A model generated the notes under the pieces. It was not told where the DNA came from. It saw only the letters and a program-made list of their open reading frames with translations, and searched no databases. Below, in pieces: positions 19,633-29,394 of a stretch of DNA of 64,000 bases (position 1 is the stretch's first letter; every line of letters begins with the position of its first letter). A program made the translations under genes and the position numbers. Source of the DNA: Candidatus Tepidifontimicrobium thermophilum (GTDB lineage Bacteria > Sysuimicrobiota > Sysuimicrobiia > Sysuimicrobiales > Sysuimicrobiaceae); the NCBI GenBank assembly GCA_031459915.1, contig JAVKHO010000014.1, forward strand, positions 16,934-80,933. Direction: 5' to 3'.

Positions 19633-21000
19633 TCACGGGGACTCAGACCCGCGGAGCTGGATCCAGAGGCTCGCGACTTCCTGCGTCCTGTCCAGCTCCA
19701 CGTCTGCCAGCCGCACCACGGAGCCCCGGGCCACCGGGGATCGTACCCGTACCCGGTGCGCCAGCCCCACGGGCAGGGCGTCGAGCCCGTCTGCCTCCTG
19801 CGCGGGCAGGAGCTTACCGAACACCGTGTAGCCTCCCTCCCCGTCCAGGACGTCCCCTGGCCTCAGGTCCCTCTTGGCTACCGCTACCACCTCCGCCAGC
19901 CGCTCCGCGGGCTGGCCCGTGGCTTCCCCCCGCAGCACCGCCCGGGCTACGCTCACGCCGACCTCCAGGCCCACCCAGTGCGTCGGGCGGTACAGGGCCG
20001 CGTACGTTCCTGAGGAGTCGGTCCGGATCCCGTACTCGGAGAAGCAACGTGCCACGTAGTCGGAACCCGCCCGCACCACGACGAACACACCCCACCGCAG
20101 GTCGCCGGGGACCGGGCTGCCGTCCGGGTTGAGGCTGGACACCACCTCCAACGTGCCCGCCCGCTCCAGGATCCCGCCCGCGTCCCGCGGCTTGCAGACC
20201 TCCGCCAGGCCGTCCACCCCGCAGGCCGGAAACTGCAGGCCCCCGCTCTGCGGTACGAGTCCCGTAGCGTTGGCCACCGCCGCCATCTCGATGGCGGACT
20301 TGGTGCCGTCCAGAAAGGAGGTGAACATGCGGGCGTTGTAGTCGCCGGCCGCCACCATCTCCGGAGTGAACCCGTAGTGCTCCCACACCTGGTCAGGGGT
20401 GACGAAGGAGTAGCCGGGCAGGTAGCGCGTACCCTTTCCCGCGCAGACGACCTCGAACCCGCAGATCCGGGCCCAGTCCACCAGCTCGCAGATCAGCGCC
20501 GGCTGATCCCCGTACGCCAGGGTGTAGACCACTCCCTGCTCCCGAGCCCGCTGCGCCAGCAGCGGCCCCACCAGCACGTCCGCCTCCACGGTGGCCATGA
20601 CCACGTGCCGGCCCGCGCGGATGCCCTCCAGGGCGTGCCGGACGGCGGCCGCGGGAGAGCCCGTGGCTTCCACCAGCACGTCCAGGGCGGGCGCCGAGAT
20701 CAGCGCCTGAGCGTCGTCGGTCACCCACGTCGTCCCCTGCCGCAGCGCCGTGGCCGGGTCCGGTGCGGAGAACCGTTCCTCTGGCCAGCCTGCGCGCCTC
20801 AGGCTCTCTCTGGCCCTGTCCGGCCACAGGTCGCAGACGCCCAGCACCTGCAGCCCCGGGGTGTGCAGGGCCTGGGCGAGGAACATGGTCCCGAACTTTC
20901 CGCTGCCCACGAGTCCGACCCGTACCGGCCTGCCCTGCTCCGCCCGGCGGGCTAACTCGGCGGCGAGCCCGCCAAACCCTGGGTCCCGTTCTCTCACCAT
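19633..21000 (-). CDS. NAD(P)-dependent oxidoreductase, homoserine-dehydrogenase-like, with C-terminal SAF domain
   Basis: GSGKFG, EATG, EADVLVGP, GDQP, AGKG, SFLDGTKSAIEM, YRPTHWVGLE, AKRDL..LDGEGG. Confidence 0.88.
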   Translation of the reverse strand: MVRERDPGFGGLAAELARRAEQGRPVRVGLVGSGKFGTMFLAQALHTPGLQVLGVCDLWPDRARESLRRAGWPEERFSAPDPATALRQGTTWVTDDAQALISAPALDVLVEATGSPAAAVRHALEGIRAGRHVVMATVEADVLVGPLLAQRAREQGVVYTLAYGDQPALICELVDWARICGFEVVCAGKGTRYLPGYSFVTPDQVWEHYGFTPEMVAAGDYNARMFTSFLDGTKSAIEMAAVANATGLVPQSGGLQFPACGVDGLAEVCKPRDAGGILERAGTLEVVSSLNPDGSPVPGDLRWGVFVVVRAGSDYVARCFSEYGIRTDSSGTYAALYRPTHWVGLEVGVSVARAVLRGEATGQPAERLAEVVAVAKRDLRPGDVLDGEGGYTVFGKLLPAQEADGLDALPVGLAHRVRVRSPVARGSVVRLADVELDRTQEVASLWIQLRGSESP

Positions 21001-21050
21001 GGCGTCCTCCGTCCTTCACCTGGCCTCGGCAGGGAAGTTGTGACCCCGCG

Positions 21051-21059
21051 TGGTACCAT
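21051..21059 (+). promoter_or_regulatory. Extended -10 promoter element (TGnTACCAT)
   Basis: TGGTACCAT about 50 nt upstream of the SBP ATG in a divergent intergenic region. Confidence 0.45.
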
Positions 21060-21108
21060 CTTGACCGTCACGGACAGGGAAGAAAAACGGGGAAGAGGGA
21101 GGGCTGGC

Positions 21109-22707
21109 ATGAGGCGTTACGGGTTGCCCGGACTGGTGGTGGCCGCGCTGCTCGCGGCCCTGGTGGCGGGGGCCGACGGCCCGGTGGGAGCCCAGTCGGT
21201 CCCGCGGCAACTGCGCGTCGCCATCGGCATCGACGCGGACCGCCTGGACCCGGCTGAACAGACCACCACGACCATCGCCAACATCGTGGACTACATGTTC
21301 GAGACCCTGGTGGACCTGCACCCCACCAAGCAGCAGATCGTGCCCCGGCTGGCGACCCGGTGGCAGGTCTCCCGGGACGGCCTCACCTACACCTTCACCC
21401 TGCGCCGCGGGGTACGTTTCCACGACGGCACGCCGCTCAACGCGGAGGCGGTCAAGTTCAGCCTGGAACGGCTGAAGGACCCCAGGGTGGCCATGGCCCT
21501 CCGGTTCCTCGTCCAGCCCGTACAGTCTGTGGAGGCCGTGGGCGAGGACACCGTCCGGATCCGCCTGAACAAGGTCACCCCTACCTTCCTTTCGGACCTG
21601 TCCACCACACAGTTTGCCATCGTCTCTCCCACCGCAGTGCAGCGGGCGGGAGACCGCTGGCGGTCGGCACCGGTGGGGGGTGGCACGGGCCCGTACATGT
21701 TCAAGGAGTGGCGTCGCGGGGACTCCATCCTTCTGGAGCGCAACCCCAACTACTGGGGCAAGAAGCCCCTGTTTGATGAGATCCTGTTCCGGGTCGTCCC
21801 GGACGCCGGCACGCGCCTCACCCAGGTCCTGGCCGGGGACGTGCACCAAGCCATGCTGCCCCCGGCGCCGGACGTCAAGGGTCTGCGGCGCAACCCCCAG
21901 GTGAAGGTGGTGGAAGCGCCCAGCGACCGGGTGATCTTCGTGGCCATGAACACCCAGTGGGGCCCCTTCAAGGACGTCCGGGTCCGGCAGGCCATGAACT
22001 ACGCGGTCAACAAGAAGGCGATTCTGGCCAGCGTGCTGTTCGACCTGGGTACGGTGTCCGACTCGCCCTGCCCGCCCATGATGTTCGGCTACCACAAGGT
22101 GCGGGACGGCGGCTGGCCCTTCAGCCCCACCCGGGCCAAGGAGCTCCTGGCGCAGGCGGGCTACCGGGACGGGTTCGAGGTGAACTTCTTCACGCCCACG
22201 GGGCGGTACATCCAGGACTTCCAGTTCGCGCAGGCCATCGCGGGCCAGCTCCGCAACGTGGGCGTCCGGGCCAACGTCACCACCATGGACTGGCCGAGCT
22301 ACGTGGCCATGATCCAGACGCCCCTGGAAAGGACGCGGATCCAGATGCTCGTGCTGGGCTGGGCGTGGCCGGTGCTGGACTGCGACGGGGTCCTGTACGG
22401 TCAGTTCCACTCCTCCAGTCACCCGCCGCGCGGCCTGGGTCCCGCCTTTTACAGCAACCCGCGGGTGGACCAGCTCCTGGACCAGCAGCGGCAGGAGGCC
22501 AACGTGGAACGCCGGAAGGCCCTCCTCAAGGAAGCACAGGAGGTCATCTGGAACGACGCCCCGTGGATCTGGTTGTGGAGCCAGAAGTGGTACGTGGTGA
22601 CCACCCGGAACCTGGACGGTGTGCTCATCCACCCCATCGAGAAGTGGACGGCCCTGTGCGAGCCCCAGGAGCCGGCGGTAGGCCACCACTGCGTGAACTG
22701 GAGGTGA
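21109..22707 (+). CDS. Family 5 ABC substrate-binding protein (peptide/glutathione type)
   Basis: Signal peptide, LDP, YTFTLRRGVRFHDGTPLNAEAVKFS, GTGPY, VRQAMNYAVNK. Confidence 0.93.
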   Translation: MRRYGLPGLVVAALLAALVAGADGPVGAQSVPRQLRVAIGIDADRLDPAEQTTTTIANIVDYMFETLVDLHPTKQQIVPRLATRWQVSRDGLTYTFTLRRGVRFHDGTPLNAEAVKFSLERLKDPRVAMALRFLVQPVQSVEAVGEDTVRIRLNKVTPTFLSDLSTTQFAIVSPTAVQRAGDRWRSAPVGGGTGPYMFKEWRRGDSILLERNPNYWGKKPLFDEILFRVVPDAGTRLTQVLAGDVHQAMLPPAPDVKGLRRNPQVKVVEAPSDRVIFVAMNTQWGPFKDVRVRQAMNYAVNKKAILASVLFDLGTVSDSPCPPMMFGYHKVRDGGWPFSPTRAKELLAQAGYRDGFEVNFFTPTGRYIQDFQFAQAIAGQLRNVGVRANVTTMDWPSYVAMIQTPLERTRIQMLVLGWAWPVLDCDGVLYGQFHSSSHPPRGLGPAFYSNPRVDQLLDQQRQEANVERRKALLKEAQEVIWNDAPWIWLWSQKWYVVTTRNLDGVLIHPIEKWTALCEPQEPAVGHHCVNWR

Positions 22708-22721
22708 CGGCGTAGCCTGCT

Positions 22722-23642
22722 TTGGGGGCGTACGTCCTCCGCCGGTTGGCCCTGGCGGTCCCGACCCTGGTCGGGGTCACGGTGGTGGTGTTCGCCCTCA
22801 TCCGGCTGGTACCGGGCGACCCCGCGCGGCTCGTGCTGGGCCTGCAGGCCTCGGAGGAGGAAGTCCAGCGCCTGAGGGTCGAGCTGGGGCTGGACCAACC
22901 GTTGCCGGTGCAGTACGCGCGGTTCCTCGGGCGGCTCGTCCAGGGTGACCTGGGCAGGTCGGTGGTCACCGGCGAGCCGGTCACCCGGGAGATCGCTGCG
23001 CGGCTGCCGGCCACGGTCCAGCTGGCGGTGGCCAGCACCCTGCTGGCCACCGCCGCCGGGATGGTCGCGGGCGTGATCTCCGCCACCCGACAGTACTCGT
23101 GGGTGGACTACCTCGTGATGACCGTGGCCCTGTTCGGCATCTCCCTGCCGGTTTTCTGGCTGGGGCTCATGCTGATGCTGCTGTTCAGCGTGCACCTCCG
23201 CTGGCTGCCCGCGGGAGGGTACGGGACGCCCGCGCACTTGGTCCTGCCCACGATAACCCTGGCGGCGTTCTCCGTGGCCATCATCGCCCGCATGACCCGC
23301 AGCAGTCTCCTGGAGGTGCTGCACCAGGACTACGTCCGCACCGCGTGGGCCAAGGGCCTGGGCGCGCGGGCGGTGGTCCTGCGCCACGCCCTGAAGAACG
23401 CCCTGATCCCGGTGGTGACCGTCATCGGGCTGCAGTTCGGAGGCCTGCTGGGAGGGGCCATCCTCACGGAGACGGTGTTCGCCTGGCCGGGGATGGGCCG
23501 GCTCCTGGTGGGGGCCATCGTGGCCCGCGACTACCCCGTGGTCCAGGGCGCGGTCCTGGTGTTCGCCGCCCTGTTCACCCTGGTCAACTTGGCGGTGGAC
23601 GTGCTGTACGCGTATGTGGACCCGCGCATCCACTACGGTTAG
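22722..23642 (+). CDS. Peptide-type ABC permease (DppB/GsiC family)
   Basis: PGDPA, LGLDQPL, GDLGRS, DYVRTAWAKGL, HALKNA, ETVFAWPGMG, DPRI. Confidence 0.93.
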   Translation: MGAYVLRRLALAVPTLVGVTVVVFALIRLVPGDPARLVLGLQASEEEVQRLRVELGLDQPLPVQYARFLGRLVQGDLGRSVVTGEPVTREIAARLPATVQLAVASTLLATAAGMVAGVISATRQYSWVDYLVMTVALFGISLPVFWLGLMLMLLFSVHLRWLPAGGYGTPAHLVLPTITLAAFSVAIIARMTRSSLLEVLHQDYVRTAWAKGLGARAVVLRHALKNALIPVVTVIGLQFGGLLGGAILTETVFAWPGMGRLLVGAIVARDYPVVQGAVLVFAALFTLVNLAVDVLYAYVDPRIHYG

Positions 23643-24507
23643 CTGGGCCGGCCCCCGCGAGGCAGCCCGTACCCCGCCCACGGTGTGGCGGCGGCTGCGC
23701 CGGCACCGCACCGCGGTGGCCGGCTTGGCCGTCCTGGCCACGCTCCTGTTCGTGGCCGCGGCGGCGCCTTTGCTGTTCCCCGAGGACCCCACGGAGCCGC
23801 GGTTCGAGCGGGTCCTGCGGCCGCCCTCGCCGGAACACCCCCTGGGTACGGACAACCTCGGCCGTGACCTGCTGGCCCGGATCGCCTACGGGGGCCGCGT
23901 TTCCTTTGTCATCGGCGTGCTGGCGGTGAGCTTCAGCGCGCTGGTGGGAGTGCCGGTGGGACTGCTGTCGGGCTACTACGGCGGGAAGTTCGACCTGGTG
24001 GTCCAGCGCCTCGTGGACCTGCTTCTGGCCTTCCCGGGATTCCTTCTCGCCCTGACGTTGGTCGCCGTGTTGGGGGTCGGGGTGACCAACGTGGTGGTGG
24101 CCGTGGGCCTTGCTTCCGCCCCCGTGTACGTCCGGCTGGTCCGCGGGGTGGCCCTGTCGGTACGCAACCAGACTTTCGTGGAAGCCGCGAGGGCCCTGGG
24201 CGCTTCGGACCGCCGGATCCTGTTCCGCCACGTGCTGCCGAACTGTACCGCACCCGTGATCGTGCAGTCCACCCTCCAGCTGGGCACCGCGATCCTCACC
24301 GCTGCCGGGCTGGGCTTCCTGGGGCTGGGCGTAAAACCGCCCACACCCGAGTGGGGGACGATGTTGGGAGAGGGCCAGACGTACCTTTTCTCCTCCTGGT
24401 ACATGGCCACGTTTCCGGGCCTGGCGATCTTCCTGACCGTGTTGGCCTTCAACCTCCTGGGGGACGGCTTGCGGGACGCCCTGGATCCCCGGATGAAACT
24501 GGCGTAG
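23614..24507 (+). CDS. Peptide-type ABC permease (DppC/GsiD family)
   Basis: HPLGTDNLGRD, FVEAARALGA, RHVLPN, LGFLGLG..PEWG, GDGLRDALDP. Start uncertain (23614, 23635 or 23683). Confidence 0.9.
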   Translation: MWTRASTTVSWAGPREAARTPPTVWRRLRRHRTAVAGLAVLATLLFVAAAAPLLFPEDPTEPRFERVLRPPSPEHPLGTDNLGRDLLARIAYGGRVSFVIGVLAVSFSALVGVPVGLLSGYYGGKFDLVVQRLVDLLLAFPGFLLALTLVAVLGVGVTNVVVAVGLASAPVYVRLVRGVALSVRNQTFVEAARALGASDRRILFRHVLPNCTAPVIVQSTLQLGTAILTAAGLGFLGLGVKPPTPEWGTMLGEGQTYLFSSWYMATFPGLAIFLTVLAFNLLGDGLRDALDPRMKLA

Positions 24508-24518
24508 GAGAGTCGCCG

Positions 24519-25283
24519 ATGAGCGGGAGCGTACGGCTCGAGGACATGACCTGGCCCGAGGTTCAGGCAGCTCTACAGGCTGGCGTACGGACCGTGGTGG
24601 TGGTCGCTGCCTCCACCGAGCAGCACGGGCCCCACCTGCCCCTGAGCACCGACGCCCTGATCGCGGAAGCCGTGGGCGAGCGGGTGGCCCGTCGGCTGGG
24701 AGCCTTGGTGGCGCCGGTGATCCGTCCGGGGTGCTCCGACCACCACCTGGCCTTCCCCGGCAGTCTTTCGGTCTCGCCTGGGCTCCTGGTCGAACTGCTG
24801 GCCAGCTACGTGCGGTGTCTGGTGCCCTACGGCTTCGACACCTTCGTGCTGCTCTCTTCCCACGGTGGCAACTTCCGGCCCTTGGAGGACGCCGCCCGGA
24901 GGCTCCGGGACGAGTACGGGCCGAGGGGCGTCCGGGTGGTGGCGGTGGCGGGAGACGCGGCGCTGGTGGACATGATGCGGGAGATGGTGGACGTAGCCGC
25001 GGGCCTGGGAGCGCCCCAGGACGTGGACGCCATCCACGCGGACGCCTGCGAGACATCCATCGTGATGCACCTGCGGCCCGACCTCGTGCGCGCCGACCGG
25101 ATCGAGCCGGGTTTCACCGGAAGGCTCGACCTGGACACCCTCTTCCACGAGGGGCTGCGGGCCGTCACGGCCAACGGAGTCCTGGGCGACCCCCGGCGTT
25201 CGAGCGCCGAGATCGGCGCTGCAGTCCTGGACCGTCTGGTGGACCACCTGGTGGACCGGGTCCGCGCGCAGCTGGGTACCTGA
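24519..25283 (+). CDS. Creatininase-family amidohydrolase (MftE-like)
   Basis: TEQHGPHLPLSTD, GCSDHHLAFPGS, SHGGN, HADACETS, NGVLGDP. Confidence 0.9.
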   Translation: MSGSVRLEDMTWPEVQAALQAGVRTVVVVAASTEQHGPHLPLSTDALIAEAVGERVARRLGALVAPVIRPGCSDHHLAFPGSLSVSPGLLVELLASYVRCLVPYGFDTFVLLSSHGGNFRPLEDAARRLRDEYGPRGVRVVAVAGDAALVDMMREMVDVAAGLGAPQDVDAIHADACETSIVMHLRPDLVRADRIEPGFTGRLDLDTLFHEGLRAVTANGVLGDPRRSSAEIGAAVLDRLVDHLVDRVRAQLGT

Positions 25284-25339
25284 CTTCTCCACAGCGAGAA
25301 GGCGTGGCGATGCCACGCTTCTTGCCGCAGGGCGGATCT

Positions 25340-25768
25340 TCAGCCAACCGCCCGTGGGAACTCCGTGTCCACCCTCCGGGCGGCGTTCACCAGCTCCCTG
25401 GCGGCGGTCAGGTAACCCGAGAGGGCTCCCACGTTGCCCTTGACGATCTTCAGTTTGCCGCGCATCACGGCCGCCAGCGGGTCCAGCTCGCCTTCCAGGA
25501 CCTGCTTCCACGTCTCAGCCTCGGCGCTGATCACGTAGGGAGCACGTTGGAAGTCGTCCTCCGTCGCCACTCTCGCGTCGCGGCACTCGCCGCGGTAGAG
25601 GTCAAGAAGGATCGCCCGATTCTCCTCGATGCCCAGGGACGGGTCGGCCTCCAGGACCAGGACGAGCGGCCACTCCCAGCTGCGGGCAGCCTCCCGGTAG
25701 TTGGGGGTGGCGTTGATTCGCTCCTGGTAGGCCTTGGCCCACTCCGCCGAGAAAGCCTCGTATGCCAT
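25340..25768 (-). CDS. SCP2 sterol/lipid-binding domain protein
   Basis: FSAEW..IN..YREAARSWE, LDLYRGEC, LDPLAAVMRGKLKI..G. Confidence 0.85.
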   Translation of the reverse strand: MAYEAFSAEWAKAYQERINATPNYREAARSWEWPLVLVLEADPSLGIEENRAILLDLYRGECRDARVATEDDFQRAPYVISAEAETWKQVLEGELDPLAAVMRGKLKIVKGNVGALSGYLTAARELVNAARRVDTEFPRAVG

Positions 25769-25852
25769 GGGGCCCTCCCTCCTGTCCGCCTGACGCGATG
25801 CTAGGACCTTCAGCGGTCAAGGACGGAGCCATCTGTTCTTGAAGAGCGCGGA

Positions 25853-27535
25853 TCAAACCGCGATCGCCCCGGCCCGGAAATCCGAGGTCCCCATCCGGAC
25901 GTTCACCAGGGCCGGCTTGCCCGAGGCCAGCGCCCGCTCGAGGGCAGGCCGCACCTGCTCCGGCCGTTCCACCCACTCGCCGTGCCCCCCCAGGGCGGCG
26001 ACCACCAGATCGTACCGGGCATGGCTGAGGGCCGTAGCCACCGCCCGCTCGGGGCCGAACAACTGCACCTGCAGCCGGCGAATCTGAGTCCACGCGGCGT
26101 CGTTCCCCACCACGGCCACGAAGGGGAGCTCCTGCCGCACCGCCGCCTCGTACTCCAGCAGGTCCAGCCCGGCCGCACCGTCGCCGAGCAGGACCACTAC
26201 GGGCGCCTCCGGCCGCAGGACGCAGGCCGCCAAGGCAAAGCCCAACCCCACCCCCAACGTCCCCAGCGGACCCGGGTCAAGCCAGCCGGCAGGGTACCGA
26301 CGCGGCCGCACGACTTTCGCCGCGGTGCCGATGAAGTCTCCACCGTCCCCGATCACCGTCGTGCCCGGGGGCAGGGCAGCGTCGATCTCCGCACAGAGTC
26401 GGAGGGGATCTACAGGAACCGCCTCGCTCGTCACACCCGCCCGGATCCGGTCGGCCTCCTGGTGCTCTGCCTCCCCCAGATGGTCCAGCCATTGCTGGCG
26501 GGCCCGCGGGTCGTCCGGCTCGAGGCCCGCTCCCACCAACTGGTCGAGCACGGCCCCCGTGTCCCCGGGCAGCCCGACCTCCACGTCGCGGTTGCGACCC
26601 AGTTCTGCGCCGTCGAGGTCGATCTGGATCAGCCGGGCGTCCCGGTTGATGGCCTTGCCGTAGTCCAGGCGGAAGTCGAGGGGCGTCCCTGCCACCAAGA
26701 CCACGTCCGCCTCCGCGAGGGCCTGCTTGCGGCTGAGCTGGAAAAAGCAAGGATCCTCGGGCCCCACCACCCCACGGGCCATCCCGCTGGTGAACACCGG
26801 GACCTGGCCCGCCCGTGCGAAGCGCGCCACGGCTTGCGGATCATGAGACCATTGGACCTGGCTGCCCACCAAAGCCACGGGACGACGAGCCTGACGGAGC
26901 ACAGCCGCGGCTCGCTCCACGTCCGAGGGGCTGGCCGGGCAGGGCGGTCGGTCCGGCACCGGAGCCGGAAAGCGGACCGCTTCGAGGTTCACCTGGGCGA
27001 AGATCACGTCCAGCGGGATCTCCACGTACACGGGACCTGGAACGCCGTACAGGCTCCTGCGGAAGGCCAGGTTCAGGATCTCCGGCAGGCGCTCGGGGTC
27101 CTGGACCTGCACCGCCCACTTCGTGATGGGGCGCACCACGCTCAGGTGGTCCATCTCCTGCAAGCTGCCACGGCCCGCGTGCTCGAGGGGCCCCTGGCCC
27201 CCGAGGACGACCACGGGCGACTGGGCGCGGTGGGCATTGGCGATGGCGGTGACGGCGTTCATCACCCCGGGGCCAGCCGTGACGGCGGCGACCCCGGGCC
27301 GCCGGGTGATGCGGGCGTACGCGTCTGCCGCGTACACCGCCGCCTGCTCGTGACGGACGTCAACCACACGGATGTCCTCATCCAGGCAGCCGTCGTAGAT
27401 GGGCATGATGTGACCACCGCAAAGCGTGAAAAGGGCCCGGACTCCCTCCCGGGCCAGCGCACGAGCGACGACGCGCCCAGCATGGACGAGCGCCACGGCG
27501 GTACCCCTCAGCGGATCAGTGGTCTCCGCATCCAA
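25853..27535 (-). CDS. TPP-dependent enzyme (IlvB-like / 2-hydroxyacyl-CoA lyase family)
   Basis: [59 protein letters not shown]. Confidence 0.9.
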   Translation of the reverse strand: MDAETTDPLRGTAVALVHAGRVVARALAREGVRALFTLCGGHIMPIYDGCLDEDIRVVDVRHEQAAVYAADAYARITRRPGVAAVTAGPGVMNAVTAIANAHRAQSPVVVLGGQGPLEHAGRGSLQEMDHLSVVRPITKWAVQVQDPERLPEILNLAFRRSLYGVPGPVYVEIPLDVIFAQVNLEAVRFPAPVPDRPPCPASPSDVERAAAVLRQARRPVALVGSQVQWSHDPQAVARFARAGQVPVFTSGMARGVVGPEDPCFFQLSRKQALAEADVVLVAGTPLDFRLDYGKAINRDARLIQIDLDGAELGRNRDVEVGLPGDTGAVLDQLVGAGLEPDDPRARQQWLDHLGEAEHQEADRIRAGVTSEAVPVDPLRLCAEIDAALPPGTTVIGDGGDFIGTAAKVVRPRRYPAGWLDPGPLGTLGVGLGFALAACVLRPEAPVVVLLGDGAAGLDLLEYEAAVRQELPFVAVVGNDAAWTQIRRLQVQLFGPERAVATALSHARYDLVVAALGGHGEWVERPEQVRPALERALASGKPALVNVRMGTSDFRAGAIAV

Positions 27536-27606
27536 CCGGTTTCAAGTCATGATGATACCGGAGACGTGGGCCCTGAGGGTCCGGGTTCGGGACAAGGAGG
27601 TGACGG

Positions 27607-29229
27607 ATGTTCCCGCAGGGACGGAGCGTGGTCATGGCCAGGCGCGGGATGGTGGCTTCCGGCCATCCCCTCGCCTCCGCCGCTGGGCTTCGGGTGCTCA
27701 TGTCCGGGGGAAACGCCATAGATGGGGCGGTGGCCACAGCCGCGGTCCTGGGTGTGGTACAGCCCATGATGAGCGGCGTGGGCGGCGACACGTTCCTCCT
27801 CTACTACCCCGCCCGGGAGGGGCGGGTCTGGGCTCTCAACGGGAGCGGCATCGCACCATATGCGGCCAGCCGACAGTTTTTCCTCGACCGGGGCTACACG
27901 CGGATGCCCTTCCGGGGTATGCTTTCCGTTTCTGTGCCCGGGGCCGTGGACGCCATGGTCACCGCGCTGGAGCGGTGGGGAACCGGGAGGTTCTCCCTCG
28001 CGCAGCTGCTGGAACCCGCGATCTTCTACGCGGAAGAGGGGTTCCCGGTGACCGAGAAGGTGAGTGTTTGGATCGCAGAGGCGGAGGAGGTCCTGAAAGC
28101 TCATCCGTCCACCGCCCGGATCTACCTTCCCCAGGGCAGGCCACCCCGGCCGGGGGAGGTCCTGGTGCAGAAGGACCTAGCGCAAACCCTGCGCCGGATC
28201 GCCCAGGGCGGGCGCGAGGTCTTCTACCGGGGCGAGCTGGCCCGATCCATCGTCCGGTACTGCCGCGAGCACGGAGGGCTGCTCACGGAGCGGGAGTTCG
28301 CGGAGCACCAGAGCGAGATCTACGCGCCGCTGGAGACGACCTACCGCGGCTACCGCGTCCTGACCACCGCCCCTCCCTCCCAGGGCCTGATCCTGCTAGA
28401 GATGCTCAACATCCTGGAGGAGTTCGAGCTTTCCCGGCTGGGCTGGGGATCTCCCGATACCGTCCACCTCATGGTGGAGGCCAAGAAGGTGGCTTTCGCG
28501 GATCGGCTGGGGTACGTGGGCGACCCCCGGTTCGTGGACAACCCCGTCGGGACGCTGCTGTCGAAGGAATACGCCCGCCGCCGGGCCCGGGAGATCCATC
28601 CCTTCCGGGCCAGCGCCGAGCCCCGGCCCGGCTCCCTCCGGGAGGAACTGGGCGCCACCACCTACTTCGCGGTGGCGGACGCGGAGGGGAATCTGGTCTC
28701 CTACATCACCAGCCTCTCCGCGAGCTTCGGGTGTGCGCAGGTGGTGGAGGGAACGGGGATCCTGCTCAACAACCGGGCGGGAAGGGGGTTCACCCTGGAG
28801 GCGGGGCATCCGAACGTGATCGCACCCGGCAAGCGCACCATGCACACCCTGATGAGCTTCATGGCCCTTTATCCCGACGGGCGTCCCTTCCTGGTGTGGG
28901 GCACCCCGGGCGGGGACGGACAGCCTCAGTGGTGCGCCCAGGTGTTCACCAACCTGGTGGACTTCGGCATGAACGTCCAGCAGGCCGTGGAAGCGCCCCG
29001 CTGGCTGAGCTTCCCCGGTACGGACCCCGCAGACCTCCCGGCACCCTTCGAGCTCCGCGTGGAACCCGGCTTCGCCGAGGAGGCGGTCGAGGAGCTACAA
29101 CGCCGCGGACATCGGGTGGTCCCGATGTCCGGATTCGCCGGTGGAGCTCAGGTGATTCAGGTGGACCCTGCTGGCGTGTACCACGGAGGCTCCGATCCCC
29201 GGGTGGACGGGGCCGCCATGGGGTGGTGA
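27607..29229 (+). CDS. ggt: Gamma-glutamyltransferase family protein
   Basis: GGNAIDGA, GVGGD, VPGAV, PPSQG, autoproteolytic TTY, LNNRAG, PGKRTMHT, GTPGG, GSDPRVDG. Confidence 0.93.
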   Translation: MFPQGRSVVMARRGMVASGHPLASAAGLRVLMSGGNAIDGAVATAAVLGVVQPMMSGVGGDTFLLYYPAREGRVWALNGSGIAPYAASRQFFLDRGYTRMPFRGMLSVSVPGAVDAMVTALERWGTGRFSLAQLLEPAIFYAEEGFPVTEKVSVWIAEAEEVLKAHPSTARIYLPQGRPPRPGEVLVQKDLAQTLRRIAQGGREVFYRGELARSIVRYCREHGGLLTEREFAEHQSEIYAPLETTYRGYRVLTTAPPSQGLILLEMLNILEEFELSRLGWGSPDTVHLMVEAKKVAFADRLGYVGDPRFVDNPVGTLLSKEYARRRAREIHPFRASAEPRPGSLREELGATTYFAVADAEGNLVSYITSLSASFGCAQVVEGTGILLNNRAGRGFTLEAGHPNVIAPGKRTMHTLMSFMALYPDGRPFLVWGTPGGDGQPQWCAQVFTNLVDFGMNVQQAVEAPRWLSFPGTDPADLPAPFELRVEPGFAEEAVEELQRRGHRVVPMSGFAGGAQVIQVDPAGVYHGGSDPRVDGAAMGW

Positions 29230-29394
29230 CGGAGATCCCGCCGGACAGGCGCCCGACACTCGGCCGTTGGACGACCCGGCCAGAAAATCCCCGCGGCTGC
29301 CGACCAGGGTGCGAACGGGTTTTCGCACTGACCGATGGCCCACGCTGCAGGAGTTCGGCGGGGTGCCGCAAAGAAAAGGGCGGGAGGTGGGAGT

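Noticed and set aside
24519..25283. Mycofactocin biosynthesis (mftE)
   Set aside because: No mftA/B/C/D/F in the window; only family-level similarity.
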